DNA from: a virus
Lineage: Duplodnaviria > Caudoviricetes
Direction: 5' to 3' (one strand)
IMG/VR virus record: IMGVR_UViG_3300044695_004869
Length of the DNA stretch: 64,000 nucleotides
Made by a program: the position numbers and the translations under genes. The notes beneath the pieces were generated by a model. That model was not told the DNA's origin, ran no database searches, and saw nothing but the letters and a program-made list of their open reading frames with translations. Positions 21,074 to 31,629 of this stretch are shown in pieces (positions within the stretch are counted from its first letter, which is position 1; every line of letters begins with the position of its first letter).

Positions 21074-21769
21074 ATGAAAGTTTCAATTTGTATACCATCA
21101 TATGATAGTGATGGCAGTAACCTACATTTATTAAGTAAAAATATACAATCTTGTATATCTCAAGATTATAATGACTATGAAATTATTGTATCAGATCATT
21201 CACCTGGTGACAATGTAAAAAATTTAATTTATAATTTTAAAAGTGATAAAATAAAATACATTAAAAACTCAAACAATATTGGATATCCCGCACACAATAC
21301 AAATAATGCAATTTTAAATTCAAGTGGGGAATTTATTAAAATAATGAATCAAGATGATTATTTTAATAATAATTCTGTTTTAAGAAATATGATGTTGTTA
21401 ACTAAAACCCATAAGTGGGTCCTTAATGGTTTTACACATTTAAAATCGGGAACTGATATTTTTTATAACCCAAAAATACCAAGAATAAATGGAAATGGAA
21501 TTCATTTATTGGACGGTATAAATACAATAGGATGTCCTAGCGTTGGATTGATTCCAAAGGGAGAGCTAATTGATGTGGATGTTACATATATGATTGATTG
21601 TGAGTTATGGTATCGGTTATTTATTAAATATGGATATCCGGGAGTTGTTAATGATCATAATATTATTATTGTTATGGGGGACCATAATTTGAGCACTAAA
21701 CTAATAAATGATAGTAAATCTATGATTTTAAAAGATAAAGATTATTGTTATAAAAAATATAAACTATGA
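21074..21769 (+). CDS. GT2 family glycosyltransferase
   Basis: VSICIPSY...IIVSDHS...IMNQDD...IDCELW. Start moved to ATG 21074. Confidence 0.82.
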   Translation: MKVSICIPSYDSDGSNLHLLSKNIQSCISQDYNDYEIIVSDHSPGDNVKNLIYNFKSDKIKYIKNSNNIGYPAHNTNNAILNSSGEFIKIMNQDDYFNNNSVLRNMMLLTKTHKWVLNGFTHLKSGTDIFYNPKIPRINGNGIHLLDGINTIGCPSVGLIPKGELIDVDVTYMIDCELWYRLFIKYGYPGVVNDHNIIIVMGDHNLSTKLINDSKSMILKDKDYCYKKYKL

Positions 21770-22917
21770 AAAATTTAAATTTATTTGTACCTAAATTCAG
21801 AAATGATGAAATTATTGAACATATAACAGAATGTTTAGATAAAGGATGGACAGGTCTTGGATTCAAAACCGTTGAGATTGAATCCAAATGGAAAGAATAT
21901 ACTGAACTACCTCACGCCCATTTTATAAACTCAAACACATCTGGGCTTCACTTGGCAATTAAAATACTTAAAGATTCAAATAAATGGAATGATGGTGATG
22001 AAATCATCACAACACCTATGACATTTGTTTCCACAAATCACGCAATAAATTATGAAAATCTAAATCCTATTTTTGCGGATGTTGATGATAACTTATGTTT
22101 AGATCCAAAATCGGTTGAAAGTTTAATAACTAAGAAAACAAAGGCGGTTATTTTTGTCGGTATAGGAGGTAATACCGGTCAATTAAATGAAATTATTAAT
22201 TTATGTAAAAGAAAAAAACTTAAATTAATACTTGATGGAGCTCATATGGCTGGGACATTTATGAATATAGATGGAGAAGTAAAACACGTAGGTCATAATG
22301 TTGACGTGTCAGTTTTTAGTTTCCAATCAGTAAAAAATTTACCTACGGCGGATTCAGGAATGATCTGTTTTAAAAATGAGGATTACGATACATTAGTACG
22401 AAAATTATCTTGGCTTGGTATAGATAAGGATACATATCAAAGATCTAATGATAAAGGAACATATAAATGGGAATATGATTTAGTTGATGTTGGATTTAAA
22501 TATCACGGTAATTCTATTATGGCATCAATGGCCTTAGTAGGTTTAAAATATTTAGAAGAAGATAATTCACGTAGACGAGAAATTTGTAAAATGTATGAAG
22601 AAGGATTTAAAAACACAGATATTAAATTTATTTCTACCCACAAAGATTGCATTAAACCTTCAAGACATTTATTTCAAATTGTTGTTAACAATAGAAATAA
22701 AATGATGGAACTCTTAAATGGATATGGTATTTACCCTGGAGTACATTATAGAGACAATATGTTATATAAAATGTATAAAAGTAATTACGGTTCTTGCCCA
22801 AACTCACATAAATTATCCGAACAAGTAATATCATTACCATTACATATGTTTTTAACAAATGATGATATTAAATATATTATTGAGATGGTAATATTATCAA
22901 ATAAAAATTTAAATTAA
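21766..22917 (+). CDS. PLP-dependent NDP-sugar aminotransferase (DegT/DnrJ/EryC1/StrS)
   Basis: SNTSGLHLA, ILDGAH, FSFQSVKNLPTADSGM (catalytic Lys present), VISLPLH. Confidence 0.88.
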   Translation: MKNLNLFVPKFRNDEIIEHITECLDKGWTGLGFKTVEIESKWKEYTELPHAHFINSNTSGLHLAIKILKDSNKWNDGDEIITTPMTFVSTNHAINYENLNPIFADVDDNLCLDPKSVESLITKKTKAVIFVGIGGNTGQLNEIINLCKRKKLKLILDGAHMAGTFMNIDGEVKHVGHNVDVSVFSFQSVKNLPTADSGMICFKNEDYDTLVRKLSWLGIDKDTYQRSNDKGTYKWEYDLVDVGFKYHGNSIMASMALVGLKYLEEDNSRRREICKMYEEGFKNTDIKFISTHKDCIKPSRHLFQIVVNNRNKMMELLNGYGIYPGVHYRDNMLYKMYKSNYGSCPNSHKLSEQVISLPLHMFLTNDDIKYIIEMVILSNKNLN

Positions 22918-22918
22918 T

Positions 22919-23560
22919 ATGGAAACTTTAGTTATTTTAGGATCGGCCGGTTTAGCAAAAGAGTTTTTTTTATATATAAAAAGATCTCAACCTCAGATTA
23001 AAAATTTTATTTTTGTTAATGATCTTAATGATGGTCAAAATGAAATTGTAATATCCGGAATTTCATATCCTGTTGTTAAAGATTGGAAATTTGATTCAAA
23101 TTACTTTTTTACGGTTGCGGTGGGAAGTCCTAAAATAAAAAATCTTTTAGTTCAAAAAGCATTAGATAGTGGGTTAATTCCCGCACCAACTTTTGTTGAT
23201 ATAGACGCCAAAATATTAGATAACACTATTAAGCTGGGTGTTGGGGGAATTATCTCACCCGGATGTATTTTAACTACAAATATAAGTATCGGAAATTATA
23301 CGACATTAAATTTAAATACAACAGTAGGTCATGACACAGTTATTGGTGATTTTGTGACAACTAACCCCGGTGTTCATATTTCAGGACATTGTAATATTGG
23401 AGATATGAATGAATTTGGTACAGGATCAATAGTAAGAGATAGGTTAACAATTGGTAGTAATAAAATGTTTGGGGCTCAAAGTGCAGTTGTAAAATCTTTA
23501 TTAGATGATAACCCTGAAATTTTTGTAGGTGTCCCAATTAAACTTTTAAATAAAAAATAA
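22919..23560 (+). CDS. Sugar N/O-acetyltransferase, PglD/NeuD/PerB-like left-handed beta-helix
   Basis: N-terminal ILGSAGLAKE, VAVGSP; hexapeptide repeats, TVGHDTVIG, VGVP. Confidence 0.85.
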   Translation: METLVILGSAGLAKEFFLYIKRSQPQIKNFIFVNDLNDGQNEIVISGISYPVVKDWKFDSNYFFTVAVGSPKIKNLLVQKALDSGLIPAPTFVDIDAKILDNTIKLGVGGIISPGCILTTNISIGNYTTLNLNTTVGHDTVIGDFVTTNPGVHISGHCNIGDMNEFGTGSIVRDRLTIGSNKMFGAQSAVVKSLLDDNPEIFVGVPIKLLNKK

Positions 23561-24342
23561 TGGGATTTGTAAGTGTTAAACTTATGGGTGGATTGGGAAA
23601 TTATTTATTTCAAATTGCATCTTCATATTCTAAATCAATTGACGATAATTTAAATTTTATACTAGATATAAATGACATTACAATTGTACATTCAAATCCA
23701 AACAACTATAAAAATAATATTTTTAGGAAATTAAATTTCCAACCATTAAATGAATCTTATTCACATTATAAAGAACCATCTTTTAATTATAATGCCATAC
23801 CAAAATTTAATAATAACACAAAAATGGTTGGGTATTTTCAAAGTGAGAAATATTTTTTAAATAACCAAGAAAAAATACTTAACATTTTTTCTATTGATGA
23901 TTTAACCAATAATTTACTCGAAACAAAATATGGTGATATATTAAATCACAATACTTGTTCTATACACGTAAGAAGAGGTGATTATGTTAGATTAAATCAA
24001 TATCATCCACCACAATCAATTGAATATTATAAAGAATCGATTAAAATTATTGGTGAGGATTCTCATTACTTAATTTTTTCGGATGATATAAATTGGTGTA
24101 AAGAAAATTTATCATTTATAAAAAATAAAACTTTTATTGAGGGTAATGATGATTATCAGGATTTATATTTAATGTCCATGTGTAAAAACAATATTATTGC
24201 AAATTCTTCATTTTCTTGGTGGGGGGCATGGTTAAATAAAAATGAAGATAAAAAAATCATATCACCAAAATTATGGTTTGGTGAAAAAAATAAACATTTA
24301 AACAGTAATGATATATACTGTAAAAACTGGATTGTGATATGA
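23560..24342 (+). CDS. GT11 alpha-1,2-fucosyl/colitosyltransferase
   Basis: MGGLGNYLFQ, GYFQSEKYF, SIHVRRGDY, IFSDDINW, DLYLMSMC..NIIANSSFSWWGAWL. Confidence 0.9.
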   Translation: MGFVSVKLMGGLGNYLFQIASSYSKSIDDNLNFILDINDITIVHSNPNNYKNNIFRKLNFQPLNESYSHYKEPSFNYNAIPKFNNNTKMVGYFQSEKYFLNNQEKILNIFSIDDLTNNLLETKYGDILNHNTCSIHVRRGDYVRLNQYHPPQSIEYYKESIKIIGEDSHYLIFSDDINWCKENLSFIKNKTFIEGNDDYQDLYLMSMCKNNIIANSSFSWWGAWLNKNEDKKIISPKLWFGEKNKHLNSNDIYCKNWIVI

Positions 24343-25127
24343 AAGAAATTAAACCAACTCTAATAGGAGGTATTCCAAATAAATTAGGAGATTTAGAAAA
24401 AAAAGTTATTGTATACGTAGACCAATATGGTATTAATTTAGACCATTATAATCATAATGATTACGATTATAAAATTTATTGGCAAATTGAGGGTCAAGGA
24501 GTAATACCTAGAAGAGAAAATAATATAAGTTTCCCAATACAACATAAAAATAAATTTGATCTTATTATTGCAAGTGACCCGACAATATTAAATGAGTGTT
24601 CAAACTCAGTTGTTTTCCCATTTGGGGATTGTTGGATTCCATTAGATGATCAAAAAATACATGATAAAAATAAATTACTTTCAATTATCGCATCTTCAAA
24701 AAATGAATTGCCAGGTCATAAATTAAGACATTTAACAATAAATAATATTGGTAATAAAATGGACATTTATGGTAGATGTTGTAATTATGTGGAAAATAAG
24801 ACGGACGCTTTAAAAGATTATATGTTTTCAATATGTACAGAAAATTTACAAATTGAAAATTGGTTCACCGAAAAATTAATTGATTGCCTTAGAACGGGAA
24901 CAATTCCTATATATTGGGGATGTCCAAATATTGGAAAGTATTTTAACCTTAATGGTTTTATAATTGTTAATTCAATAGAAGAAATTATTGATGTTGTTAA
25001 CAATTTATCCGAAGATCAATATTTTTCTAACTTAAAATATGTGGAGGAAAATTTTATTAAATCCGCTCAATATGGTAGTAATTTATTTGAAAGAGTTGAT
25101 AACGAAATAAAAAAAATAGTGAAATGA
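24339..25127 (+). CDS. GT10-like (alpha-1,3-fucosyltransferase-type) glycosyltransferase
   Basis: KTDALKDYMFSICTEN....WFTEKLIDCLRTGTIPIYWG. Confidence 0.78.
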   Translation: MKEIKPTLIGGIPNKLGDLEKKVIVYVDQYGINLDHYNHNDYDYKIYWQIEGQGVIPRRENNISFPIQHKNKFDLIIASDPTILNECSNSVVFPFGDCWIPLDDQKIHDKNKLLSIIASSKNELPGHKLRHLTINNIGNKMDIYGRCCNYVENKTDALKDYMFSICTENLQIENWFTEKLIDCLRTGTIPIYWGCPNIGKYFNLNGFIIVNSIEEIIDVVNNLSEDQYFSNLKYVEENFIKSAQYGSNLFERVDNEIKKIVK

Positions 25128-26035
25128 ATAAAATAGTAGTAACAGGAGGATCTGGATTAGTTGGTAAATATTTAAAAAAATATCTACCTGAGGCAATTTA
25201 TTTATCATCAAAGGATTTTGATTTAACTACTGAAGTGGGAGTTAGAAATATGTACCTAAAGTATAAACCGGATGTCGTTATTCACTTGGCGGCAAAAGTT
25301 GGTGGAATTATAGATAACATTAATAAACCCGCGGAGTATTATACTGAAAATGTAATGATGAATACATTATTAGTTGATTACGCATATAAAATGGATGTAA
25401 AAAGATTTATCGGTATTTTAAGTACTTGTATTTTTCCTGATGTAATGGAGACATATCCAATGAAAGAGGAAGATTTACATTTAGGTCCGCCAACGTTAAC
25501 TAATTTTTCATACGGATATGCGAAAAGAAGTTTAGCGGTTCAAATAGATGCGTACAACAAACAGTATAATACTAAATACCAATACTTAACTCCATGTAAT
25601 TTATATGGTGTTGGGGATAAAGATCATGAATCTAATAGTCATTTCATAACGGCATTGGTAAAGAAAATATTTGACGCCAAACAAAATGGTGAAAAATCAA
25701 TAACTTTATTTGGAGATGGATCTCCATTAAGACAATTTATGTTTGCCGATGATTTCGCCAAAATAATTTATCATGTTATCTCTGATGAAATTTATGATAG
25801 TTTTAATGTTGCAGGAAATGAAAATTTAACAATTAAAGATATGGCTAATATTGCATTAAATTCATGTGATTCAGAATTTTTAGAAATTAATTGGGATTTA
25901 TCTAAACCAAATGGACAACATAGAAAAGACGTATCCATAGAAAAATTAAAATCTTTACTACCTAATTTCAATCCCTTATCATTAACGGAAGGAATAAAAA
26001 TAGTATATAATAATTATTATGATAAAATTAGTTAA
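25124..26035 (+). CDS. fcl: GDP-L-fucose synthase / ColC-like GDP-4-keto-6-deoxysugar epimerase-reductase
   Basis: VTGGSGLVG, VIHLAAKVGGI, LSTCIFP, YGYAKR, PCNLYG, GDGSPLRQF. Confidence 0.88.
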   Translation: MNKIVVTGGSGLVGKYLKKYLPEAIYLSSKDFDLTTEVGVRNMYLKYKPDVVIHLAAKVGGIIDNINKPAEYYTENVMMNTLLVDYAYKMDVKRFIGILSTCIFPDVMETYPMKEEDLHLGPPTLTNFSYGYAKRSLAVQIDAYNKQYNTKYQYLTPCNLYGVGDKDHESNSHFITALVKKIFDAKQNGEKSITLFGDGSPLRQFMFADDFAKIIYHVISDEIYDSFNVAGNENLTIKDMANIALNSCDSEFLEINWDLSKPNGQHRKDVSIEKLKSLLPNFNPLSLTEGIKIVYNNYYDKIS

Positions 26036-27179
26036 TGACACAATAAATAAAGATGATGTAAAATCCCTATGTGAATGGTTATTACAAGATGAAATACCTC
26101 GTTTAACTAAAGGTGATTTAACATTGAATCTAGAATCAAAATGGGCCGAAAAAATTGGTACAAAATATTCTGTTTATGTTAACTCAGGGTCTTCGGCAAT
26201 ACTTTTAACTTTAGCGGCATTACAACACACCAATCGTCTAAAAAATAATAAAATTATTGTCCCTGGTTTAAGTTGGGCAACCGATGTGAGCTCACCAATG
26301 TTATTGGGTATGGAACCAATATTATGTGATTGTAATTTAGAGGATCTATCTTGTGACTTAACTCATTTAGAAAATTTATTTATTGATTACTCCCCATCAT
26401 CATTTATTTTGGTTTCACCATTAGGTTTAGTGCCCGATATGGAAAGAATAATAAATCTTTGTGAGAAGTACGATGTTATATTGTTAGAAGATGTATGTGA
26501 GAGCATGGGATCTAAATATGAAAATAAATATTTAGGGTCTTTTGGATTTGCATCATTTTTCTCTATGTATTTTGGTCATCATTTAAGTACTATTGAAGGT
26601 GGTTTTATAAACACTAACGACACAGATTTTTATCATGCATTATTGATGATGAGAAGTCACGGTTGGGATAGAGATTTACCAAAAAGAATCCAAAATAAAT
26701 TACGAAACGAAAATGGAATTAGTGAATTTGATTCACTATATACATTCTATTTACCGGGATTTAATCTAAGATCAACGGATCTACAAGCATTTATTGGGTT
26801 AAGAGCGATTGACAAGTTAGATAATTATACTGAAAAAAGAAATAAAAATTTTCGATTATATAGGTCAACTATAAATGATAACCAATTAAACATTACAGAT
26901 ACCGAGAATAATTTCATTTCAAATTTTGCATATCCAATTGTAAACAAAAATAGGGAAATCATTATAAAGAAATTAATTGATAATGATATTGAAGTTAGAC
27001 CTTTAATTGCTGGTGATATGTCTAAAAAACCTATGTGGATTAAAAATTATGGAGAAGTATCATTACCTAATTGTCAATTAATTAATGAGTATGGATTTTA
27101 CATACCTAACCATCAGGATTTAACTTCTAAAGATATAAATATTATTTGTGATATTATTAATAATGTACAGATTGTATAA
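26019..27179 (+). CDS. ColD-like PLP-dependent GDP-4-keto-6-deoxymannose 3-dehydratase
   Basis: DegT fold (VNSGSSA, LEDVCES) with FSMYFGHHLSTIEGG: His replaces the Schiff-base Lys as in ColD/E1; 386 aa fits ColD size. Confidence 0.78.
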   Translation: MIKLVNDTINKDDVKSLCEWLLQDEIPRLTKGDLTLNLESKWAEKIGTKYSVYVNSGSSAILLTLAALQHTNRLKNNKIIVPGLSWATDVSSPMLLGMEPILCDCNLEDLSCDLTHLENLFIDYSPSSFILVSPLGLVPDMERIINLCEKYDVILLEDVCESMGSKYENKYLGSFGFASFFSMYFGHHLSTIEGGFINTNDTDFYHALLMMRSHGWDRDLPKRIQNKLRNENGISEFDSLYTFYLPGFNLRSTDLQAFIGLRAIDKLDNYTEKRNKNFRLYRSTINDNQLNITDTENNFISNFAYPIVNKNREIIIKKLIDNDIEVRPLIAGDMSKKPMWIKNYGEVSLPNCQLINEYGFYIPNHQDLTSKDINIICDIINNVQIV

Positions 27180-27942
27180 ACCCGCCAGATCTAAAGAGGC
27201 GTATAGAGGTTTATTTTCTTATTTAACAGAATCTGTTTTAAACATGGTAAACTTCATAAAATTAAATGGGGATGATGATATAAAATATTATCATGATTTA
27301 TTTAACATACCGGGATATGGTAATCAAAATTTATATGATATCTATTTAACACAAGATGAAAATGATTATAAAATAAATAACCATCTTTATAAAAATATAG
27401 AATCATTTGAAAATATTTTAAATATTGATTGTTATGGTTTTGAAAAATATAATCAGGATCTTAGGTTAATTAGTGAAAAAGTTATTAATAAGTTTTTTAT
27501 ACCTAATAAAACTTTAAATGAATTAATTAGTAAAAGACACCATGAAATTAATTTTAATACAACAATTGGGGTTCATAGAAGATCAACCGATATAGGTACC
27601 CACCATAATATTATAAAAATGCATGATATTTTTAATGAAATTGAATTTAATGATTTTGATAATATTTTTTTAATGTGCGATAACATATATGATACAAATA
27701 AATTTAAACAAAGATATGGAAACAAACTTATAACATATGATGAGTTTACTTCCAAAGATATGAATTTACCTTTTTTTAAAATTAATAATTCAGTTGAAGA
27801 TATAGATAACCATATTAAAGAATTACTATTCGGTGTTTTTACATTATCAAAAACAAAAAATTTTATATGTACAAAATCTAATATATCTTCTTTCTGTGTT
27901 TTGTCCAATTCTAAATTAAACTATAAATTACTTAACAAATAA
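27163..27942 (+). CDS. NodZ/GT23-like or O-fucosyltransferase-like protein
   Basis: TIGVHRRSTD...IFLMCDN...FTLSKTKNFICTKSNISSF. Start moved to ATG 27163. Confidence 0.65.
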   Translation: MYRLYKPARSKEAYRGLFSYLTESVLNMVNFIKLNGDDDIKYYHDLFNIPGYGNQNLYDIYLTQDENDYKINNHLYKNIESFENILNIDCYGFEKYNQDLRLISEKVINKFFIPNKTLNELISKRHHEINFNTTIGVHRRSTDIGTHHNIIKMHDIFNEIEFNDFDNIFLMCDNIYDTNKFKQRYGNKLITYDEFTSKDMNLPFFKINNSVEDIDNHIKELLFGVFTLSKTKNFICTKSNISSFCVLSNSKLNYKLLNK

Positions 27943-27943
27943 A

Positions 27944-28915
27944 ATGAAAAAAGCATTAATTACCGGCATAAATGGTCAAGATGGTTCATATTTAGCCGAA
28001 TTTCTTTTAGATAAAGGTTATGAGGTTCACGGAACTTTAAAAAGAAATTCAGTGTCTGAAAATCAAACATCTAGATTAGATAATGTATTTGAAAAAATAA
28101 AATTTCACTATGCCGACCTAACCGATCTTTCATCGTTAATTAGGATTATAAGTGAAATAAACCCAGACGAAATATATAATTTAGCGGCACAATCTCACGT
28201 TAGAATATCTTTTGATCAACCAATATATACCGCAAACGTAACTGGCTTAGGAACATTAAATGTTTTAGAGGCGGTTAAATTAATTAACCCAAAAATAAAA
28301 ATTTATCAGGCATCATCTTCAGAAATGTTTGGTAATAATATTGATGAAGACGGTTACCAAAGAGAGTCAACACCAATGAGCCCTGTTTCACCTTACGGAT
28401 GTGCTAAAGTTTTTAGTTATAATATATCCCGTAATTATAGAAATTCATATGGGATGTTTATCTCTAACGGAATATTATTCAACCATGAATCACCAAGACG
28501 AGGTACAAATTTTGTTACTAACAAAGTTTGCAAAGAAGCCGTTAAAATTAAATTAGGGTTAAGTAACGAACTTAAGTTGGGTAATTTAGACGCAACAAGA
28601 GATTGGGGTCATGCTAAGGATTATGTTGAAGCAATGTGGATGATTTTACAATTAGATAAGTCGGATGATTTTGTGTGTTCTACAGGTATATCCCACTCGG
28701 TTAAAGATCTAGTTGAATACGTTTTTAATAAATTAGAATTGGATTGGACAAAATATATTAAACAAGATGAGAAATTTTATAGACCTGAAGAACTTAACGA
28801 TCTTAAAGGCGACTCAAAAAAATTAAGAGAATTCACTAATTGGTCACCAAGATATACATTTGAAACTATGTTGGACGAAATGATAGAATATTGGTTAAAT
28901 ATCTTAAATAAATAA
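27944..28915 (+). CDS. gmd: GDP-mannose 4,6-dehydratase
   Basis: ALITGINGQDGSYLAEFLL, YNLAAQSHV, YQASSSEMFG, SPYGCAK, LFNHESPRRG..FVT.K, RDWGHAKDYV. Confidence 0.96.
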   Translation: MKKALITGINGQDGSYLAEFLLDKGYEVHGTLKRNSVSENQTSRLDNVFEKIKFHYADLTDLSSLIRIISEINPDEIYNLAAQSHVRISFDQPIYTANVTGLGTLNVLEAVKLINPKIKIYQASSSEMFGNNIDEDGYQRESTPMSPVSPYGCAKVFSYNISRNYRNSYGMFISNGILFNHESPRRGTNFVTNKVCKEAVKIKLGLSNELKLGNLDATRDWGHAKDYVEAMWMILQLDKSDDFVCSTGISHSVKDLVEYVFNKLELDWTKYIKQDEKFYRPEELNDLKGDSKKLREFTNWSPRYTFETMLDEMIEYWLNILNK

Positions 28916-28928
28916 TAAATAAAAATTA

Positions 28929-29666
28929 ATGGCAACAAGAAGAAAAACACCTCAGACAACTGAAGAAACAACAAATCCTTTGATATCAAGAAAGGACTTT
29001 ATTAATTCAGTTATTAAGAAAAAACAAAAAAACAAATTTTTATCTGATCATCAAGAAGAGTATTATAACATATTAAAAAATAATCAGATAACTGTTGCGT
29101 CAGGACCTGCGGGTGTTGGAAAAAGTTACATTGCAATGAAAGCTGCGGTTGATTTACTTATGGACCCAAATAACTCATATGAGAAGATTATCATTGTAAG
29201 ACCTGCGGTTGAGGCCGAAGAAAAGTTAGGTTCTTTACCGGGTAACCTTGAGGAAAAATTAGACCCATACATTTTTCCATCATACTATCTATTAAATAAA
29301 ATTATTGGTAAAGATGCTAGAGAAAAATTAAAAGAGGCTGAGGTTATTGAGGTATTTGCGTTAGCATTTATGAGAGGGATGAATATTGATAATTCAATAC
29401 TAGTATTTGAAGAAGCTCAGAATTCAACACCAAATCAAATGAAACTTTTGTTAACAAGAATTGGTTTCAACAGTAAATTCTTTATCTCAGGTGACCTTGA
29501 ACAAACTGATAGATATAAAGACAAAAAACAATCAGGTCTTTACGATGCAATCCAAAGATTTAAAGATGTTAGAGATATTGGAGTATATGATTTTAGAGAC
29601 GCTAAAAACGTAAGAAATCCATTAATTAGTAAAATCCTTAGTAAGTATGATGAGAATAGGGATTGA
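28929..29666 (+). CDS. phoH: PhoH-like ATPase
   Basis: GPAGVGKS, IVRPAV, LGSLPG, AFMRG, FEEAQN, LLTRIG, SGDLEQTD, VRNPL. Confidence 0.92.
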   Translation: MATRRKTPQTTEETTNPLISRKDFINSVIKKKQKNKFLSDHQEEYYNILKNNQITVASGPAGVGKSYIAMKAAVDLLMDPNNSYEKIIIVRPAVEAEEKLGSLPGNLEEKLDPYIFPSYYLLNKIIGKDAREKLKEAEVIEVFALAFMRGMNIDNSILVFEEAQNSTPNQMKLLLTRIGFNSKFFISGDLEQTDRYKDKKQSGLYDAIQRFKDVRDIGVYDFRDAKNVRNPLISKILSKYDENRD

Positions 29667-30300
29667 GATTAATGGGGTGTTAAGAGACACCATTGGTAAG
29701 TTCACGCAACTTTACGAAAAACATTTAATTGATGAAATTGAATCTAATAACCCAACGTATTTAATGGATCTTTCAGGTAATACTGAGGTTACACTATTAG
29801 ACGATCCATTTAAATATGAAAAATTAAGTGATGTTACATCGTTAAATTTGTTAGATCATTTTTCCTTCCCATCTAAAGATGAATTATATAGTTTTATGTA
29901 TGAAGAATATACAATGGAACTTTTTGGCCACGCACCATCTACAGAAATGATGACTTTTAATATTTTAAATGATATTTATCACAACCTAAGAGATAAATAC
30001 GATTTAATGATTGTGTCGGACGAAATAGGTAGATCAAAACCATCTTCATTATTTTTCTTATCTAAATTTGGTTGTTTACTTGAAAAAGTATTTTTTTATA
30101 GTGAAGTAACAAAAAATGATATGTGGAATGGTGTAGACATTTTACTTACCGCTAATCCTGACCTATTATTAAATAAACCTTCTAATAAGATAGTGATAAA
30201 ATACGAAACAGAATTTAATAAAAATGTTGAATCCGAACACACAATTAAATCATTATCAGAATTTGAAGATAAATTAACAAAAATTATTGAAAATGTTTAA
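29647..30300 (+). CDS. 5'(3')-nucleotidase/HAD-like protein with degenerate motif I
   Basis: N-terminal RIGIEINGVLRD where DxDGV is expected; VDILLTANP near the C-terminus. Confidence 0.55.
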   Translation: MMRIGIEINGVLRDTIGKFTQLYEKHLIDEIESNNPTYLMDLSGNTEVTLLDDPFKYEKLSDVTSLNLLDHFSFPSKDELYSFMYEEYTMELFGHAPSTEMMTFNILNDIYHNLRDKYDLMIVSDEIGRSKPSSLFFLSKFGCLLEKVFFYSEVTKNDMWNGVDILLTANPDLLLNKPSNKIVIKYETEFNKNVESEHTIKSLSEFEDKLTKIIENV

Positions 30301-30562
30301 AGTATTTGGAGATCACTATTACCTTGATTTAGATGTAATAGAAGAGTATACTAAAATTGTCCCTGATATGACGACAACGGGAGAAACCGAAAATCATATC
30401 CATATTGTTAAGTATGAAACAATTAAATATTTAATTGAAACCATAATGACAGAAAATGAAACGATAGACGAAAAATTAGGGATGAATTCATCAGAAGCAT
30501 CTCTACCATTTAAAATTGCGTTTAATACACTATTATTCAAAAAAATAATAAATAAATTATAA
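30293..30562 (+). CDS. Hypothetical protein, 89 aa
   Basis: Overlapping ATG start in the operon. Confidence 0.7.
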   Translation: MFKVFGDHYYLDLDVIEEYTKIVPDMTTTGETENHIHIVKYETIKYLIETIMTENETIDEKLGMNSSEASLPFKIAFNTLLFKKIINKL

Positions 30563-30566
30563 ATAT

Positions 30567-31628
30567 ATGAATCAAGAACAAATATCAAAGTTAGAGAGGT
30601 CAATCCAAAATATGAAGGATAAAACCTCAAGAATTTATTTTGTGGTACAAGATACCAAAGGTAATGCAAGAGCATCCATTAGATACATTTATCAAATGGC
30701 AATGGCTCTTAAAACAGACGGATACAACCCGATCATCTTACATGAAAAACCTGAATACTTTGGTGTGTCAGATTGGTTAGGAGATACCTATATGACAGAA
30801 TTACCACATAAAGCAATTGAGGGAAGTAACTTAGAAATTTCACCTGACGATCTAATTGTCATTCCTGAAATTTTTGGTTTTGTTATGGACCAAATTACTA
30901 AATTACCTTGTGGTAAAGTTGTGTTGTGTCAAGCTTATGATCACATATTTGAAACATTACAACCTGGTCAAACATGGTCTCAATTAGGTTTCTTTAAATG
31001 TATTACAACTTCTGAAAAACAAAAAGAATATGTTGGGTCAGTTATGAGAAACATCTCATCTAGTGTAATTACACCTGTTATTTCAGATGTGTTTAAAAAA
31101 CAAGAATTCCCACCAAAAACAATTATTTCAATTCACACTAGAGAACATAGAGATACTGTTAATTTAATTAAAACATTTTATTCAAAATTCCCACAATATA
31201 GATGGATTACATTCCGTGATATGAGAGGTTTATCTGAAAGTGAATTTGCAAACGCAATGAATGAAAGTTTTGTATCAGTTTGGGTAGATCAAACAAGTGG
31301 ATTTGGAACATATCCATTGGAATCAATGAAAATGGGAATTCCTGTAATTGGTTTGGTCCCTAATTTAGTACCAGAATGGATGAACGAAGATAATGGTATT
31401 TGGATTAATAACCCTAATATGTTGACTGATGTTATTGCGGACGTTGTTCAAAATTGGTTAGAGGATAATTTAAATCCAGCATTATATACCGAAATGGAAA
31501 AAACAATTTCTAATTACACTGATTTAACAAAATTCAATGAAGAAGTTATTAAAACATTTAGTGACATGATAAACACTCGTCTTGAAAATTTTGAAGACCA
31601 ATTATCTAAATTTATAACAATAGAATAA
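30567..31628 (+). CDS. GT-B (GT4-like) glycosyltransferase
   Basis: LIVIPEIFG...SGFGTYPLESMKMGIPVIG. Confidence 0.72.
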   Translation: MNQEQISKLERSIQNMKDKTSRIYFVVQDTKGNARASIRYIYQMAMALKTDGYNPIILHEKPEYFGVSDWLGDTYMTELPHKAIEGSNLEISPDDLIVIPEIFGFVMDQITKLPCGKVVLCQAYDHIFETLQPGQTWSQLGFFKCITTSEKQKEYVGSVMRNISSSVITPVISDVFKKQEFPPKTIISIHTREHRDTVNLIKTFYSKFPQYRWITFRDMRGLSESEFANAMNESFVSVWVDQTSGFGTYPLESMKMGIPVIGLVPNLVPEWMNEDNGIWINNPNMLTDVIADVVQNWLEDNLNPALYTEMEKTISNYTDLTKFNEEVIKTFSDMINTRLENFEDQLSKFITIE

Positions 31629-31629
31629 T

